Source: Amphiscolops sp. MND2022 (taxonomy: Eukaryota). Taken from it: DNA of 64,000 nucleotides. The notes under the pieces were generated by a model. The model did not search any database. It was not told the origin of the DNA and was given only the letters and a program-made list of their open reading frames with translations. Where the stretch lies: contig OZ076416.1 of assembly GCA_964187785.1 (NCBI GenBank), positions 54,932,001-54,996,000 on the forward strand, in the 5' to 3' direction. Of the stretch, positions 47,901-60,000 are shown piece after piece (within the stretch, counting starts at the first letter, position 1; the number at the start of each line of letters is the position of its first letter). Position numbers and translations under genes: made by a program.

Positions 47901-48112
47901 GTATTGTAGCTAGAATTGTAGCTATGTTCAGCGTAGACCTTCGATTCAAGTTGACAAACATAAGACACCTTCCCGTTTCAGGCTCGAAGAGCAGTCTTTT
48001 AAATATGATAAAGAAATTCTGAATGATCTCACAGTGCCGAAAAAACCCAAGGGTGTCTCATCTGGCTTTGTAATTAAAGTAAAATTGTAAAACAAGAGTA
48101 GGGAAATTGTAA

Positions 48113-48647
48113 AACAAGCCGGGAACGGCCAACGTCGGCGCTATATCAAATGCTCAAAATTATAAAAGGGGGACCCTTTGGGCTTTGTGAAACTCAAGTT
48201 GGTTGCAAAATTTCAAAAAAATTAAGGGGGACCCTTTGGAGACATTTAAAAAAATTCGAAAAAAGTTAAAATTGAGATTTTTGAACAGTGTCACAGTGCC
48301 GAAAATTGTAAAAGGGGGACCCTTTGGATTTTTTGACATCCATTGTGTTGCAAAATTAAAAAAAATTGAAGGGGAGACCCTTTGGTGGAATCCAAAAATC
48401 TTCAAAAAAGTCGCATAGTGCCGAAAAAAATCCGAGTGAAAAACACCAAAGGGGCATCCTATGTTATCGAGGTTCTGGACGTCGATGTTTTTGTTTTGGA
48501 CGAGGTTCTGGCGTTTCGAGTATGTTTCGTAGTTAAAGTTGATGATGTTGAACAAATGAACAAAAAAGTGGACCGATCGCGTTGAACTGACGAAAAAAAC
48601 TAGCCATTGTAAGAGTCGGGATTTTCTTCGAAAACGCCGACTAAAAA
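48113..48647 (-). mobile_element. Family A copy
   Basis: AACAAGCCGGGAACGGCCAACGTCGGCGC ... CGCCGACTAAAAA. Confidence 0.75.
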
Positions 48648-50947
48648 GGGAACCTTTAAATACCTTCTACATTAAACACCAAAAGCAAAAGTCGACCGTA
48701 AAAATTTTTACCATTGTGGGAGTCTATGGTCAGGGGAAAATTAGTCACTTCAGTAGTCGGACATTTTTCTTAAAAAGCGCCGAATAGCAGGCACGGCGTT
48801 CATAATTTCGGATCTCCACGTTCAGAGTGTTTATTGAAACAGTTTTCAGGTCACATATAATGCTCGCGAAATGACTTTTTGTTGGAAAGTTTTGTACTAA
48901 ACGTCTAAAATTGAACTGTTTCAGCATAGAAAATAATATGCTAATCATTCACAGAATCAAGCGACGCTTGATTTTTTGGGGGAAAATTTAGAGAAATTGT
49001 AGCATGACAAATGCAGGGTTTTAAATCCGTTTTTACGCGACCAGCTGCTATTCACTGTAAATAAAGCGATGCAAAATTTGCTTCGTTTCGCTTGTATTGC
49101 TTTTTGCAAAACTCCAAAAAATGAAGGGGGCCCTTTGGGGGATTTTTTTCGTTTTTTACCCTTTAGTCCCGCCCGGTATTGCATGTTACGCTCAAAAAAG
49201 GAACAACTTTTATATTTCAGTTCTCTGTGCCAAATGGTCCAATTTGACACCATAAAAATTCGTATAACTTCGTAGAACTATTTTGGTCAGTTCGTGTGGA
49301 TTGAAAAAAGTCACTATTATAGTCGCGTTTCACTTCATGAAGCGCGGATCAATGGTAAATGCATGATAAATAGGATGAATGGTGATACTTTGAATAGCAA
49401 CCAGGATCCAACAAAAACAGGAGCAAGAGGGGCCCTGGTAGACGACACTTGTGAACAACAAAATCAGCGGCGGAGCAAAAAGTGCATCAGTTTGTGTGCG
49501 CAATTGTACAGGAGGAAAATCCTATCGTCACGCTTGTTAAATCCTTTTGTTATGTTGACCTCATCCATGCAATACATGGTAGAAATTATGGCAGCCAAAC
49601 AAATCTGAAAACATTTTTTGACACAATTCAATGTTTACCATAAAACATAATTCTTCACGAAAAACCACGAAACGAAGTAAATTTTTAGATCATTTCCTAC
49701 AACCTATGAAGCAAAGATTGAAAACATTTTGTCCAAAAGCAACCTCCAAAGACTTGTTTTTCCCAGACACTATTTTTTCTTCAGTCACGCGAAATCAAAA
49801 TTGAGATCGAATTCAAGGCATTTGAGAAAACAGCTGATAAAATTAAAACCTGGCGCGAACAAAACGTTGGTGGAAGCACGCTTTCATCTTTTGAAAACAT
49901 CATTTCTCGTATTTCTCGTTTCAGAAAAAAAAACAATTTTCGTTTCAGAGAACAAAACTTTCATGTTAAATAAACCCCTTGCATTTTTCGTGTCAGTAGA
50001 AACTTCAAAGACTGCGGTTGAAACAAACAATCAACAATAATTTCGAAGAAGATGTGAAAAAACTCCAGCAAGAACTCATTTCTCGAGCAAAAATTCCGCA
50101 AACATTGAGCGTCGGAAACACATTAGAGAGGATAAACCAACAAATGAGTAACATCCTTTGTATTTGTGAACTGTATACTTATTGAAATGTTGAATCGAAA
50201 CTGAATATTTTCACAGAGCTATGATAGATTTTTGTTCATCGACAGGTCGCAAATGGCAACGACAGTTTGAGCTCAGAATACAGTTACACTTCTAACATCT
50301 GGTATTGATTTCAGATGCACTTGCTTTGCGCGTTAGATACTCTTGAATAATTGAAAAAAACTTGCTTTAAAGAAAAATGACGTCACAATCAAGAGGGACA
50401 AACGTTAACTTCAAACTCAAACTATCGAAAATGAACTTCGCTTGAAGAAAAGCGAAACGCACACTGCCAAAAAAAAAGATTCATTGAGAGAGTAAAGCCG
50501 CCCGTAAAATTTAGTATTTTTCGTTTTCTTAGAAGAAAATGATAATTCTTCAACGTTCTTTAATTTTTTTCTTTATTTTCCGACAATTTCTGCCTGTAAC
50601 TACTGGAAAGATGTAGAAGGAACTAGCCATAGCCATTTGGCCTCAAAGTTATAGTGCGAGGTTTGGAAGCTGGAGGTCGATGGTTCGAAACTCGGTCGGG
50701 CAAAAAAAATTGTTTCCAGAAGAAATGGTACTAATAACGTTTCCTCGTGAAATGTTTGAAACGCCGACGAACAGTGGCGTGGAAAGTGAGATACAATGCC
50801 AAAAAACTAAAAAAAATTGATCCGCTGACGAAAAATTTCATCGCGCAAGAACTTCTCAAATATGCATTTGACAAAAAAGTTGCGCCAGCAAAAAAGTCTG
50901 AAACTTGACAAGAAAATTAATGGTATTTCATTCGGCAATAGAACCAA

Positions 50948-53845
50948 AACAAGCTGAGAACGGCCCAAGTCGGCTCCCCACTCAAGATTCAAAAAGATGA
51001 CTTTTACATATGCAAAAGGATATGTAACACATATCATATACACTTGTTAAAATTTCATCCATTTTACAGTGCCAAAAATACCTCAAGGGACACTCATAAG
51101 ACTAAAAAGCCACTGTTCCCCCTACCAGAGATAACTAAACTTCTCAGAAAAACTTTTAGGAGAAAAATTTTAGGAAAAAAAACTAGGATTCGTTTGTAGT
51201 AAAAATCGAGAAAGGTTCCGGTTAAAACAAACTAGAAAGTCGCATGGAAAAACGCCGGTCTTGAAAAAAAAACAAAATTCAGATATAGCGTGCTATGTTG
51301 CTTCTTCTAGAACCACTACTGTATATTCAGTAGCTGGGGAAACTCCATTATTCAACAGCTATGAGAGACAATAGTGTAGGAAACGAACTGAACCTTAATT
51401 TGTAAAAAAAAACAACCCAAAACAAAAATAGCTCTGAATTTTGCTGTCAACCAGGTTGTTCGAAAAACAAATAAACATTCTACAGGTTTCTTATGCACTT
51501 GAAAAGTAGGCTTGCAAATAATGACGAAACCTACTAATTGCATTTCTCATTGATTGCATTTACTACAGAACTGGTATAGTTGGGTACTGGTATATCAGTT
51601 TAGCTAGCTAGTTTTAGGGGTTTCCATTAATTTCATGTCTACTACTGTCTTGTTACGTGGGTATTTTTTGAAAACGTTGTGGACTTTTTCATATTTTAGA
51701 TAGTTTCTCGACAGAATTAATACAAAAAAATTGGCTCATTCTTTTCTTACACTATTGTATTAGGCAGTACATTAACCAATCGAGTCGAATTTTAATCCAA
51801 AAAGCCGGGAACGGCATAAGTTGGGAACGGCCATATCTAAGGATCAAAAATAGCAAAAGGATTTGAAACGTCAAGTACCCGAAAACCCAAAAGTTGGACC
51901 AAATTGGCGGCGCGCAGGTGGGCCGCTAATAGGAGGAATCCTTTTGGATTTTTCAACATTTCTGTCGCAAAACATCAAAAAATTAAGAGGGGCCCTTTAA
52001 AGTCAATTTAAAAATTTCAAGGTGACCCTTTGAGATTTTTCAACATCCATTCTGTCGCAAAACATCAAAAAATTGAAGGGGGGACACACTTTGGGGAAAA
52101 CATTTGGCAAAAAAACGTCGCACAATGCCGGAAAAAAACTGGAATTGGGGACCCTTTAGTCCCGCCCGGTATTGTATGTTGCCCTGAAAAAAAGAACAAC
52201 TCTTTTGGTTAAGTTCCTTGGGCCAAATGGTCCAATTTGACACCTTGAAGTATCGTAGATCTTTTAGGAACTATTTTCGTCAGTTCTTGTGGATTGAAAA
52301 AAGTCACTAGGATAGTCGCTTTTCACTTCATGAAGAGCGGACTCAAAACGGCATCTGAAAATGTAGTTATGTTCATCGTATACCTTGATTATTTAACGAA
52401 CAAGTTAAACTCGTTCATCAAACAAAAAGCAATCGAACCAAAACAAGCCGGGAACGGCCCAAGTCGGCTCCCCACTCAAGGTTCAAAAAAATGTTTTTTA
52501 CATATGCAAAAATATATGTAACACAAATCATATACACTTGCTAAAATTTCATCCATTTTACAGTGCCAAAAAATACCTCAAGGGACACTCATAAGACTAG
52601 AAAACTACTGTTCCCCCAACTGGAGATAACTAAACTTCTCAGGAAAACTTTTAGGAGAAAAAATTTAAGAAAAAACTAGGATTCGTTTGTAGTAAAAATC
52701 GAGAAGGGTTTCATAGAGAAAACACCGGTCATGAAAAAAAAACAAAATTCAGATATAGCGTGCTGAGAAAACCGAATTTTGAGAGAAACAAGCCGGGACC
52801 GGCCCAAGTCGGCGCCCCGCTAAAGTTTCTTGAATATGCGAAGGACACTGTGTTTAAACTTTTATCACTTTCTCAGTGCCGAAAAATTTTCCAAAGGATA
52901 CGCATAAGACTCGGGAACCAGATTTTCCCAACTGGAAACAAAAAATCCATTTTTCGAAAAAAAAATTGATTTTTAGGAAAGATTTCATAGTGTCGAGAAA
53001 GGAACTTTCAGCTCGAGAAACTACCGTTTCCCGAACCAAAATCCGCTATGAAAGCGGGAGTGTATTCTTTGAGCAAATGAAAGTTTCGGAAAAAACGCAC
53101 AGGGACCCTTTCAGCTTTTTGAAAATTCAATTTGTTGCAGAATGTCAAAAAAATTGAAGGGGGACACTTGGAAGAAAAAATATCATAAAGCCGGAATTAC
53201 AAGCATAAAAGCACGACGTAAAAGCTAACTATAGCAGGGGCTTTTTTAAACAGACGCGAAGTGACAGGTTTATATATATTATTCAATACAGATTTTAGTA
53301 ACTTCCAACTGCCACTTGGCCTAGATGTTAACTCGAATTTCCTAAAGACGAGGTCTGAGAAGCAGGAAGAATACGTCAGCTCGAGCCTCGTACTAAACCA
53401 AGAAAAAGTTTTATGCTTGCGAATGTAGAGAAGAGGAGACCAAAAGTTCCCCCTCTGGGTTTTTTGTCGACACTATGCGACTTTTCCTCAAAGTTTTTTG
53501 AACTGAAGTGCCCCTTTGACTTTTAGCAGAAACAAATCGTTTGGCCAGCATAGAGCGCCGTCTAATTTTGTTTCGCCACAATAGAATATAACCAAAAAAA
53601 TTTTAAATCAATTGGTCAAAGGGTTCTGCCTTCACTTTAAAAATAGCTTGGAAAGCGTTTTGCGAACTTAGAGGGTCTCCCTATGTGTTTTCGGCACTGA
53701 GATTTTTCCGGAGAATTTTTTTTCCAAAAATTTAGTTCTTCGCGCTTCGAGTATTTTTCGGCGCTCTATCCCTTCGCATATTCAAAACACTTTGCTCTTT
53801 TTGAACCTCGAGCGGGGTGCCGACTTGGGCCGTTCCTGGCTTGTT
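50948..53845. mobile_element. Cluster of family A copies/fragments (termini at 50948, ~51803, 52442, 52787; opposite-orientation terminus ending 53845)
   Basis: Repeated AACAAGC.GGGA.CGGC termini; 50948-51293 and 52442-52764 are close copies of one subfamily (AAGTCGGCTCCCCACTCAAG). Confidence 0.7.
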
Positions 53846-54511
53846 TTTGGTTCACCTAGTATGCCATTGTAATAGCGTTAGTTTTGAAGCACAAAATGAC
53901 TTGTTTCATTATTGACGGTATCTTTGTGTGGACAATTTTCATCATGCTACTTTTTTACAATATGCTCCGAAGGTAAGAGAAGTTCTTTGGTCGGTGAAGA
54001 TAAATAATAAGCAAATAAACAACCCTACAGCAGCAGCATGTATAGAAACTTTGGTCGACAAATTGTCTCCTGTTTTTCAAAGCACATCTTTATAACTTAC
54101 CGCAGATGAATTCTCACCGCATTCTCTGAGACGGCAAAACAAAGGCCCGCTCGAAATTACGTCACAGACGCGCATGTCACACTAGCTGCAAACATTTTCC
54201 ACCATCGGCGAATAAAAGCACCAGGCATTAAATCACAGACACCAATTTAAAAATCGGATTTAAATTTTCCAAAAATACTTCAACTCAACCTTGAATTTTG
54301 ATCGGACACCGGGTAACGTAATTTAGAAAAAGTTTTGTATCTTCAAGTGACTAAACTTTGTTCAATACTTTCAATTGTACCTCTCAGGCGCTTTTCTTAC
54401 ATTATACAGGAAAAGACTCAGACAGCTTTTATTGACTAGCATACGCGGCCCACTGATTTTCACGCGGCGTCAAACAATCAATTTGTAACTATGGAAGAAA
54501 CTTACATTTGA

Positions 54512-54955
54512 TTTTTTGTCGGCGCTTCATGAAGTGAAACGCGATTATAAAAATGGCTTTTCAATCCACACGAGCTGACCAAAATAGTTCTGCAAGTTCT
54601 ATAAAATTTTAAGGCTCCAAATTGCACCATTTAGCCCAGGCAACTGAACTATAATAGTTGTTCCTTTTTCAGCGTACATACAATACCGGACGAGATTAAA
54701 GGGGCTCCCTTTTCATTTTTTTGAACATTTTTTTTCATTTTTTGAAAATTTTTCAATGTCCCCCTTCATTTTTTTGATACTTTGCAACAGAAAGGATGTT
54801 AAAAAATTCCGAAGGGTCCCTTCTTTTAGCGCGCCAGTCCGGTCCAACTTTAGGGTTTTTCGAGTACTGTAGGAGAAAATACTTGACACTTTGAAGTCCT
54901 TGTGCTATTTTTGAGTCATAGGTATGGCGGCGACTTATGCCGTTCCCGGCTTGTT
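54512..54955 (+). mobile_element. Complete family A copy (duplicated at 58336-58779)
   Basis: TTTTTTGTCGGCGCTTCATGAAG ... GGCGACTTATGCCGTTCCCGGCTTGTT. Confidence 0.75.
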
Positions 54956-54964
54956 TAATTTTAG

Positions 54965-55447
54965 AATCAATCAATAGGCATAGGCACGGTTCATGATGAA
55001 CTATTGGATGGATGTCTTACACGCAATTGAAGAGGCAGTTCAATAAAATCAGATGAGACACCGACTGCATCTTTTGGGGATGATAGATGATCTTTTTGGA
55101 CGAATGATGTCAAATTTACCCAAAGGTTTAAGCATCGACTGAACAAACTGGTTGAAAAAAAAACGGTTACTCGAGTAATGATTCATGAAAGAATGATTAT
55201 TAAAATCACTTTTGTTACCCCGCAGGTTGTACAAACTCAAACTGTCATTTTTACAACGGACAGGGTCGGTGACCAATTTACTGAACATGCTGAGGCGCGT
55301 TAATCTTACGGTGCTTGTCAGGTTCATCAGTTGGTCAAGTTTCAGGAGACTGGGTTTTTGTTGATAGCACTTGTTTGAGGTATTTTGCATGTAGGTCTAT
55401 AACTCCGCACAGACCAGTAAAAAGTGGGATTCATCAGCATTCACCTG
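54965..55447 (-). mobile_element. 3' remnant of an RTEX-like LINE (duplicated at 58789-59271)
   Basis: ADESHFLLVCAEL*...KPSLLKLDQLMNL parallels ADEYHMIMVC...PNMVKFDQLMNT of the 26.1-kb LINE; short (ATTG)n tail at about 54966. Confidence 0.6.
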
Positions 55448-56572
55448 ATTATTACAGTTTTTCTTTTCAATTTGCGAAACTTCAGAATATTTAGATTGTT
55501 TCTTACTTATCGAACAGTTTGAATAATTTCATCGCTTTTTGAGTATCATTTCAAGTGAACAAAAATATACTTTTGTAAATAACCAGGCAATAACTGGCTA
55601 TCACTACAAGAATTGGCAATGTAAAAATGAACTAAAAAACCTAAAATTCTATATAGAAGCAACACTACAATGCTTATTAACTCGGAATGAATGAGGAATT
55701 TTCCAGATCCATCCAAAATCTGGTGCTTAACCTTTAAACCGCAATATCTCCCAAACTATTCAAGTCCGACAAACGATTTTTAGCGCGTTCAAAAGACAAT
55801 CACAGCTTTCAATTTGATTTTTGAACTGCTGGGGGCTGAGCTTCGCCGCACTGGCTCCGGTCTTTCCGCCAAAACTTTGCACGCCTCGTATCTCTGACTG
55901 TATTTCAGCATGTTTCAAAGCATTCTAGGACCACTTTGACCCAATCTTGTCCCCAGTGGGATAAAGTGGCCACACAACAGGAAAATCGGAAAATTTTGCG
56001 CTCAATTTTTTTGGACCCGTTTTCTTGACTTTGGAGACATCTAGTCAACAATCCATGAGAATGCTTGCAATGCAATGTAATATCGCTTGAAAATCTTATT
56101 CAAGGGTTTTCTTTACCATACGGTCAGCTGGTGCCTTTAGAAGTTTGCAGATCTTCAGTACCAAACCGTACCAATAACGTACCACGGTGCTATTTAGGGT
56201 TAAGGACGGCTCCGACTTTGGAGTTGAAATTTGTACTCTGAATTCAAATAGAGGGAAAACTTTGATATTTGCATTAGATTCATATACCCCAGATTAGGAG
56301 ACAAAAAAGCCGACTGGGGATAAAATAAGCGCAATAAAAACATCAAATTGGCGAAGCCTACAAATGCACAGAAAAATAAAGTACGGTCTGACCGAAAAAA
56401 TAATAGGCGGTATTTACACAAGTGTTTTTTTATGGCTTACGGCTATTCAAGCGCGTACAAGAGGGATTTGATAGGATATTTTCGCAGATGAAGAAGCAAA
56501 ATTATAATGAAAACATTCAAATAAAAGCATTGCTGAACAAATAATGAAGCGAAAATATTGCATTGAAAAGTG

Positions 56573-57001
56573 CACGATAAACTCCGCCTTATAATTAGGG
56601 AACCACAAGGAAAATATGAGGTGTCCCAGCTAAAACAACAAGAAATTTTTAAGATTAATTTACATGCATAAGTCTCTAGAGAAGAAGCATCAACAGAATA
56701 TAAGCATCTTCTTTTCATGCTACCAATAGCTGCAGCAACTTCAGGAAAAATACAAATCACCTTGAAAGGCCTGCTCAATGTCTGTGCTGGTTTTGCTGCT
56801 GGACAAATATTCCAACATACTCTGGCGATCCAAATAATAGGGACAACCGTGTAATGTTTTGGACTAAAAATCGGTAACAACCCTCTCATTAACACCACTA
56901 CTAAAGTTTTACATCATATCAGCGGGTTTTTTGAAAAGATAGCTTCCGAGATACACAAAGAACGACAACGAATTCGTCAATCAGAAAGCAGTTTTGCCTA
57001 A
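56573..57001 (+). pseudogene. Decayed reading frame of unknown family (duplicated at 60397-60825)
   Basis: 143 codons with only two internal TAA stops in AT-rich DNA; hydrophobic Gly/Ala-rich segment LLFMLPIAAATSG...LLNVCAGFAAGQIF. Confidence 0.3.
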
Positions 57002-60000
57002 AATGCACTTTCTCACTGAACCCTCATACACAATCCTGTTTACTGAATACTTAATTCAAGTTTTTTTCAAGCTGTAAAAGTTTTTCAATCGAATACCCGA
57101 ATTCAGACCCCCTTCTAATTTAGACCCGCTTTCATGAAATTTTCACGACGAGACAATGACCCCCTCTTATTGTGACTTTCCTCTCATTTGGATACTCAGA
57201 AAAGAAGCATTCAAACTGCAAAATATTCGTGAAACCTGCACTTGAAGATGAAAGTTTCCTATTTTCCAATTATAAAGCGGAGTTTATCACACAGTGATAA
57301 TTTCGGACCCACTATTGTCTCAGTTGGATTTTGTTGACCTCCTGAATCTAAAAAGAAATAGAACCTCTAACCAACTTCTACTGAACTACACATGGCAATT
57401 GCGGAAACATGAAATAACTCAGGAAAAGACCCTGAAATTAGTTATGGTTTGACTAAAAGCGAACAGCAGAAAAATACTTTTTTCAAATGAAAAACCTATA
57501 GAGCACAATGCCAGAAAACGAACTTTTAGTTCCGGAGAATTTTTTTTCCAAAAATTTAGTTCTTCGCGCTTCGAGTATTTTTCGGCGCTCTATCCCTTCG
57601 CATATTCAAAACACTTTGCTCTTTTTGAACCTCGAGCGGGGTGCCGACTTGGGCCGTTCCTGGCTTGTTTTTGGTTCACCTAGTATGCCATTGTAATAGC
57701 GTTAGTTTTGAAGCACAAAATGACTTGTTTCATTATTGACGGTATCTTTGTGTGGACAATTTTCATCATGCTACTTTTTTACAATATGCTCCGAAGGTAA
57801 GAGAAGTTCTTTGGTCGGTGAAGATAAATAATAAGCAAATAAACAACCCTACAGCAGCAGCATGTATAGAAACTTTGGTCGACAAATTGTCTCCTGTTTT
57901 TCAAAGCACATCTTTATAACTTACCGCAGATGAATTCTCACCGCATTCTCTGAGACGGCAAAACAAAGGCCCGCTCGAAATTACGTCACAGACGCGCATG
58001 TCACACTAGCTGCAAACATTTTCCACCATCGGCGAATAAAAGCACCAGGCATTAAATCACAGACACCAATTTAAAAATCGGATTTAAATTTTCCAAAAAT
58101 ACTTCAACTCAACCTTGAATTTTGATCGGACACCGGGTAACGTAATTTAGAAAAAGTTTTGTATCTTCAAGTGACTAAACTTTGTTCAATACTTTCAATT
58201 GTACCTCTCAGGCGCTTTTCTTACATTATACAGGAAAAGACTCAGACAGCTTTTATTGACTAGCATACGCGGCCCACTGATTTTCACGCGGCGTCAAACA
58301 ATCAATTTGTAACTATGGAAGAAACTTACATTTGATTTTTTGTCGGCGCTTCATGAAGTGAAACGCGATTATAAAAATGGCTTTTCAATCCACACGAGCT
58401 GACCAAAATAGTTCTGCAAGTTCTATAAAATTTTAAGGCTCCAAATTGCACCATTTAGCCCAGGCAACTGAACTATAATAGTTGTTCCTTTTTCAGCGTA
58501 CATACAATACCGGACGAGATTAAAGGGGCTCCCTTTTCATTTTTTTGAACATTTTTTTTCATTTTTTGAAAATTTTTCAATGTCCCCCTTCATTTTTTTG
58601 ATACTTTGCAACAGAAAGGATGTTAAAAAATTCCGAAGGGTCCCTTCTTTTAGCGCGCCAGTCCGGTCCAACTTTAGGGTTTTTCGAGTACTGTAGGAGA
58701 AAATACTTGACACTTTGAAGTCCTTGTGCTATTTTTGAGTCATAGGTATGGCGGCGACTTATGCCGTTCCCGGCTTGTTTAATTTTAGAATCAATCAATA
58801 GGCATAGGCACGGTTCATGATGAACTATTGGATGGATGTCTTACACGCAATTGAAGAGGCAGTTCAATAAAATCAGATGAGACACCGACTGCATCTTTTG
58901 GGGATGATAGATGATCTTTTTGGACGAATGATGTCAAATTTACCCAAAGGTTTAAGCATCGACTGAACAAACTGGTTGAAAAAAAAACGGTTACTCGAGT
59001 AATGATTCATGAAAGAATGATTATTAAAATCACTTTTGTTACCCCGCAGGTTGTACAAACTCAAACTGTCATTTTTACAACGGACAGGGTCGGTGACCAA
59101 TTTACTGAACATGCTGAGGCGCGTTAATCTTACGGTGCTTGTCAGGTTCATCAGTTGGTCAAGTTTCAGGAGACTGGGTTTTTGTTGATAGCACTTGTTT
59201 GAGGTATTTTGCATGTAGGTCTATAACTCCGCACAGACCAGTAAAAAGTGGGATTCATCAGCATTCACCTGATTATTACAGTTTTTCTTTTCAATTTGCG
59301 AAACTTCAGAATATTTAGATTGTTTCTTACTTATCGAACAGTTTGAATAATTTCATCGCTTTTTGAGTATCATTTCAAGTGAACAAAAATATACTTTTGT
59401 AAATAACCAGGCAATAACTGGCTATCACTACAAGAATTGGCAATGTAAAAATGAACTAAAAAACCTAAAATTCTATATAGAAGCAACACTACAATGCTTA
59501 TTAACTCGGAATGAATGAGGAATTTTCCAGATCCATCCAAAATCTGGTGCTTAACCTTTAAACCGCAATATCTCCCAAACTATTCAAGTCCGACAAACGA
59601 TTTTTAGCGCGTTCAAAAGACAATCACAGCTTTCAATTTGATTTTTGAACTGCTGGGGGCTGAGCTTCGCCGCACTGGCTCCGGTCTTTCCGCCAAAACT
59701 TTGCACGCCTCGTATCTCTGACTGTATTTCAGCATGTTTCAAAGCATTCTAGGACCACTTTGACCCAATCTTGTCCCCAGTGGGATAAAGTGGCCACACA
59801 ACAGGAAAATCGGAAAATTTTGCGCTCAATTTTTTTGGACCCGTTTTCTTGACTTTGGAGACATCTAGTCAACAATCCATGAGAATGCTTGCAATGCAAT
59901 GTAATATCGCTTGAAAATCTTATTCAAGGGTTTTCTTTACCATACGGTCAGCTGGTGCCTTTAGAAGTTTGCAGATCTTCAGTACCAAACCGTACCAATA

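Noticed and set aside
56573-57001. Alternative genetic code (TAA read-through)
   Set aside because: galK terminates at TAA right after a normal C-terminus and its 406 codons contain no internal TAA/TAG.
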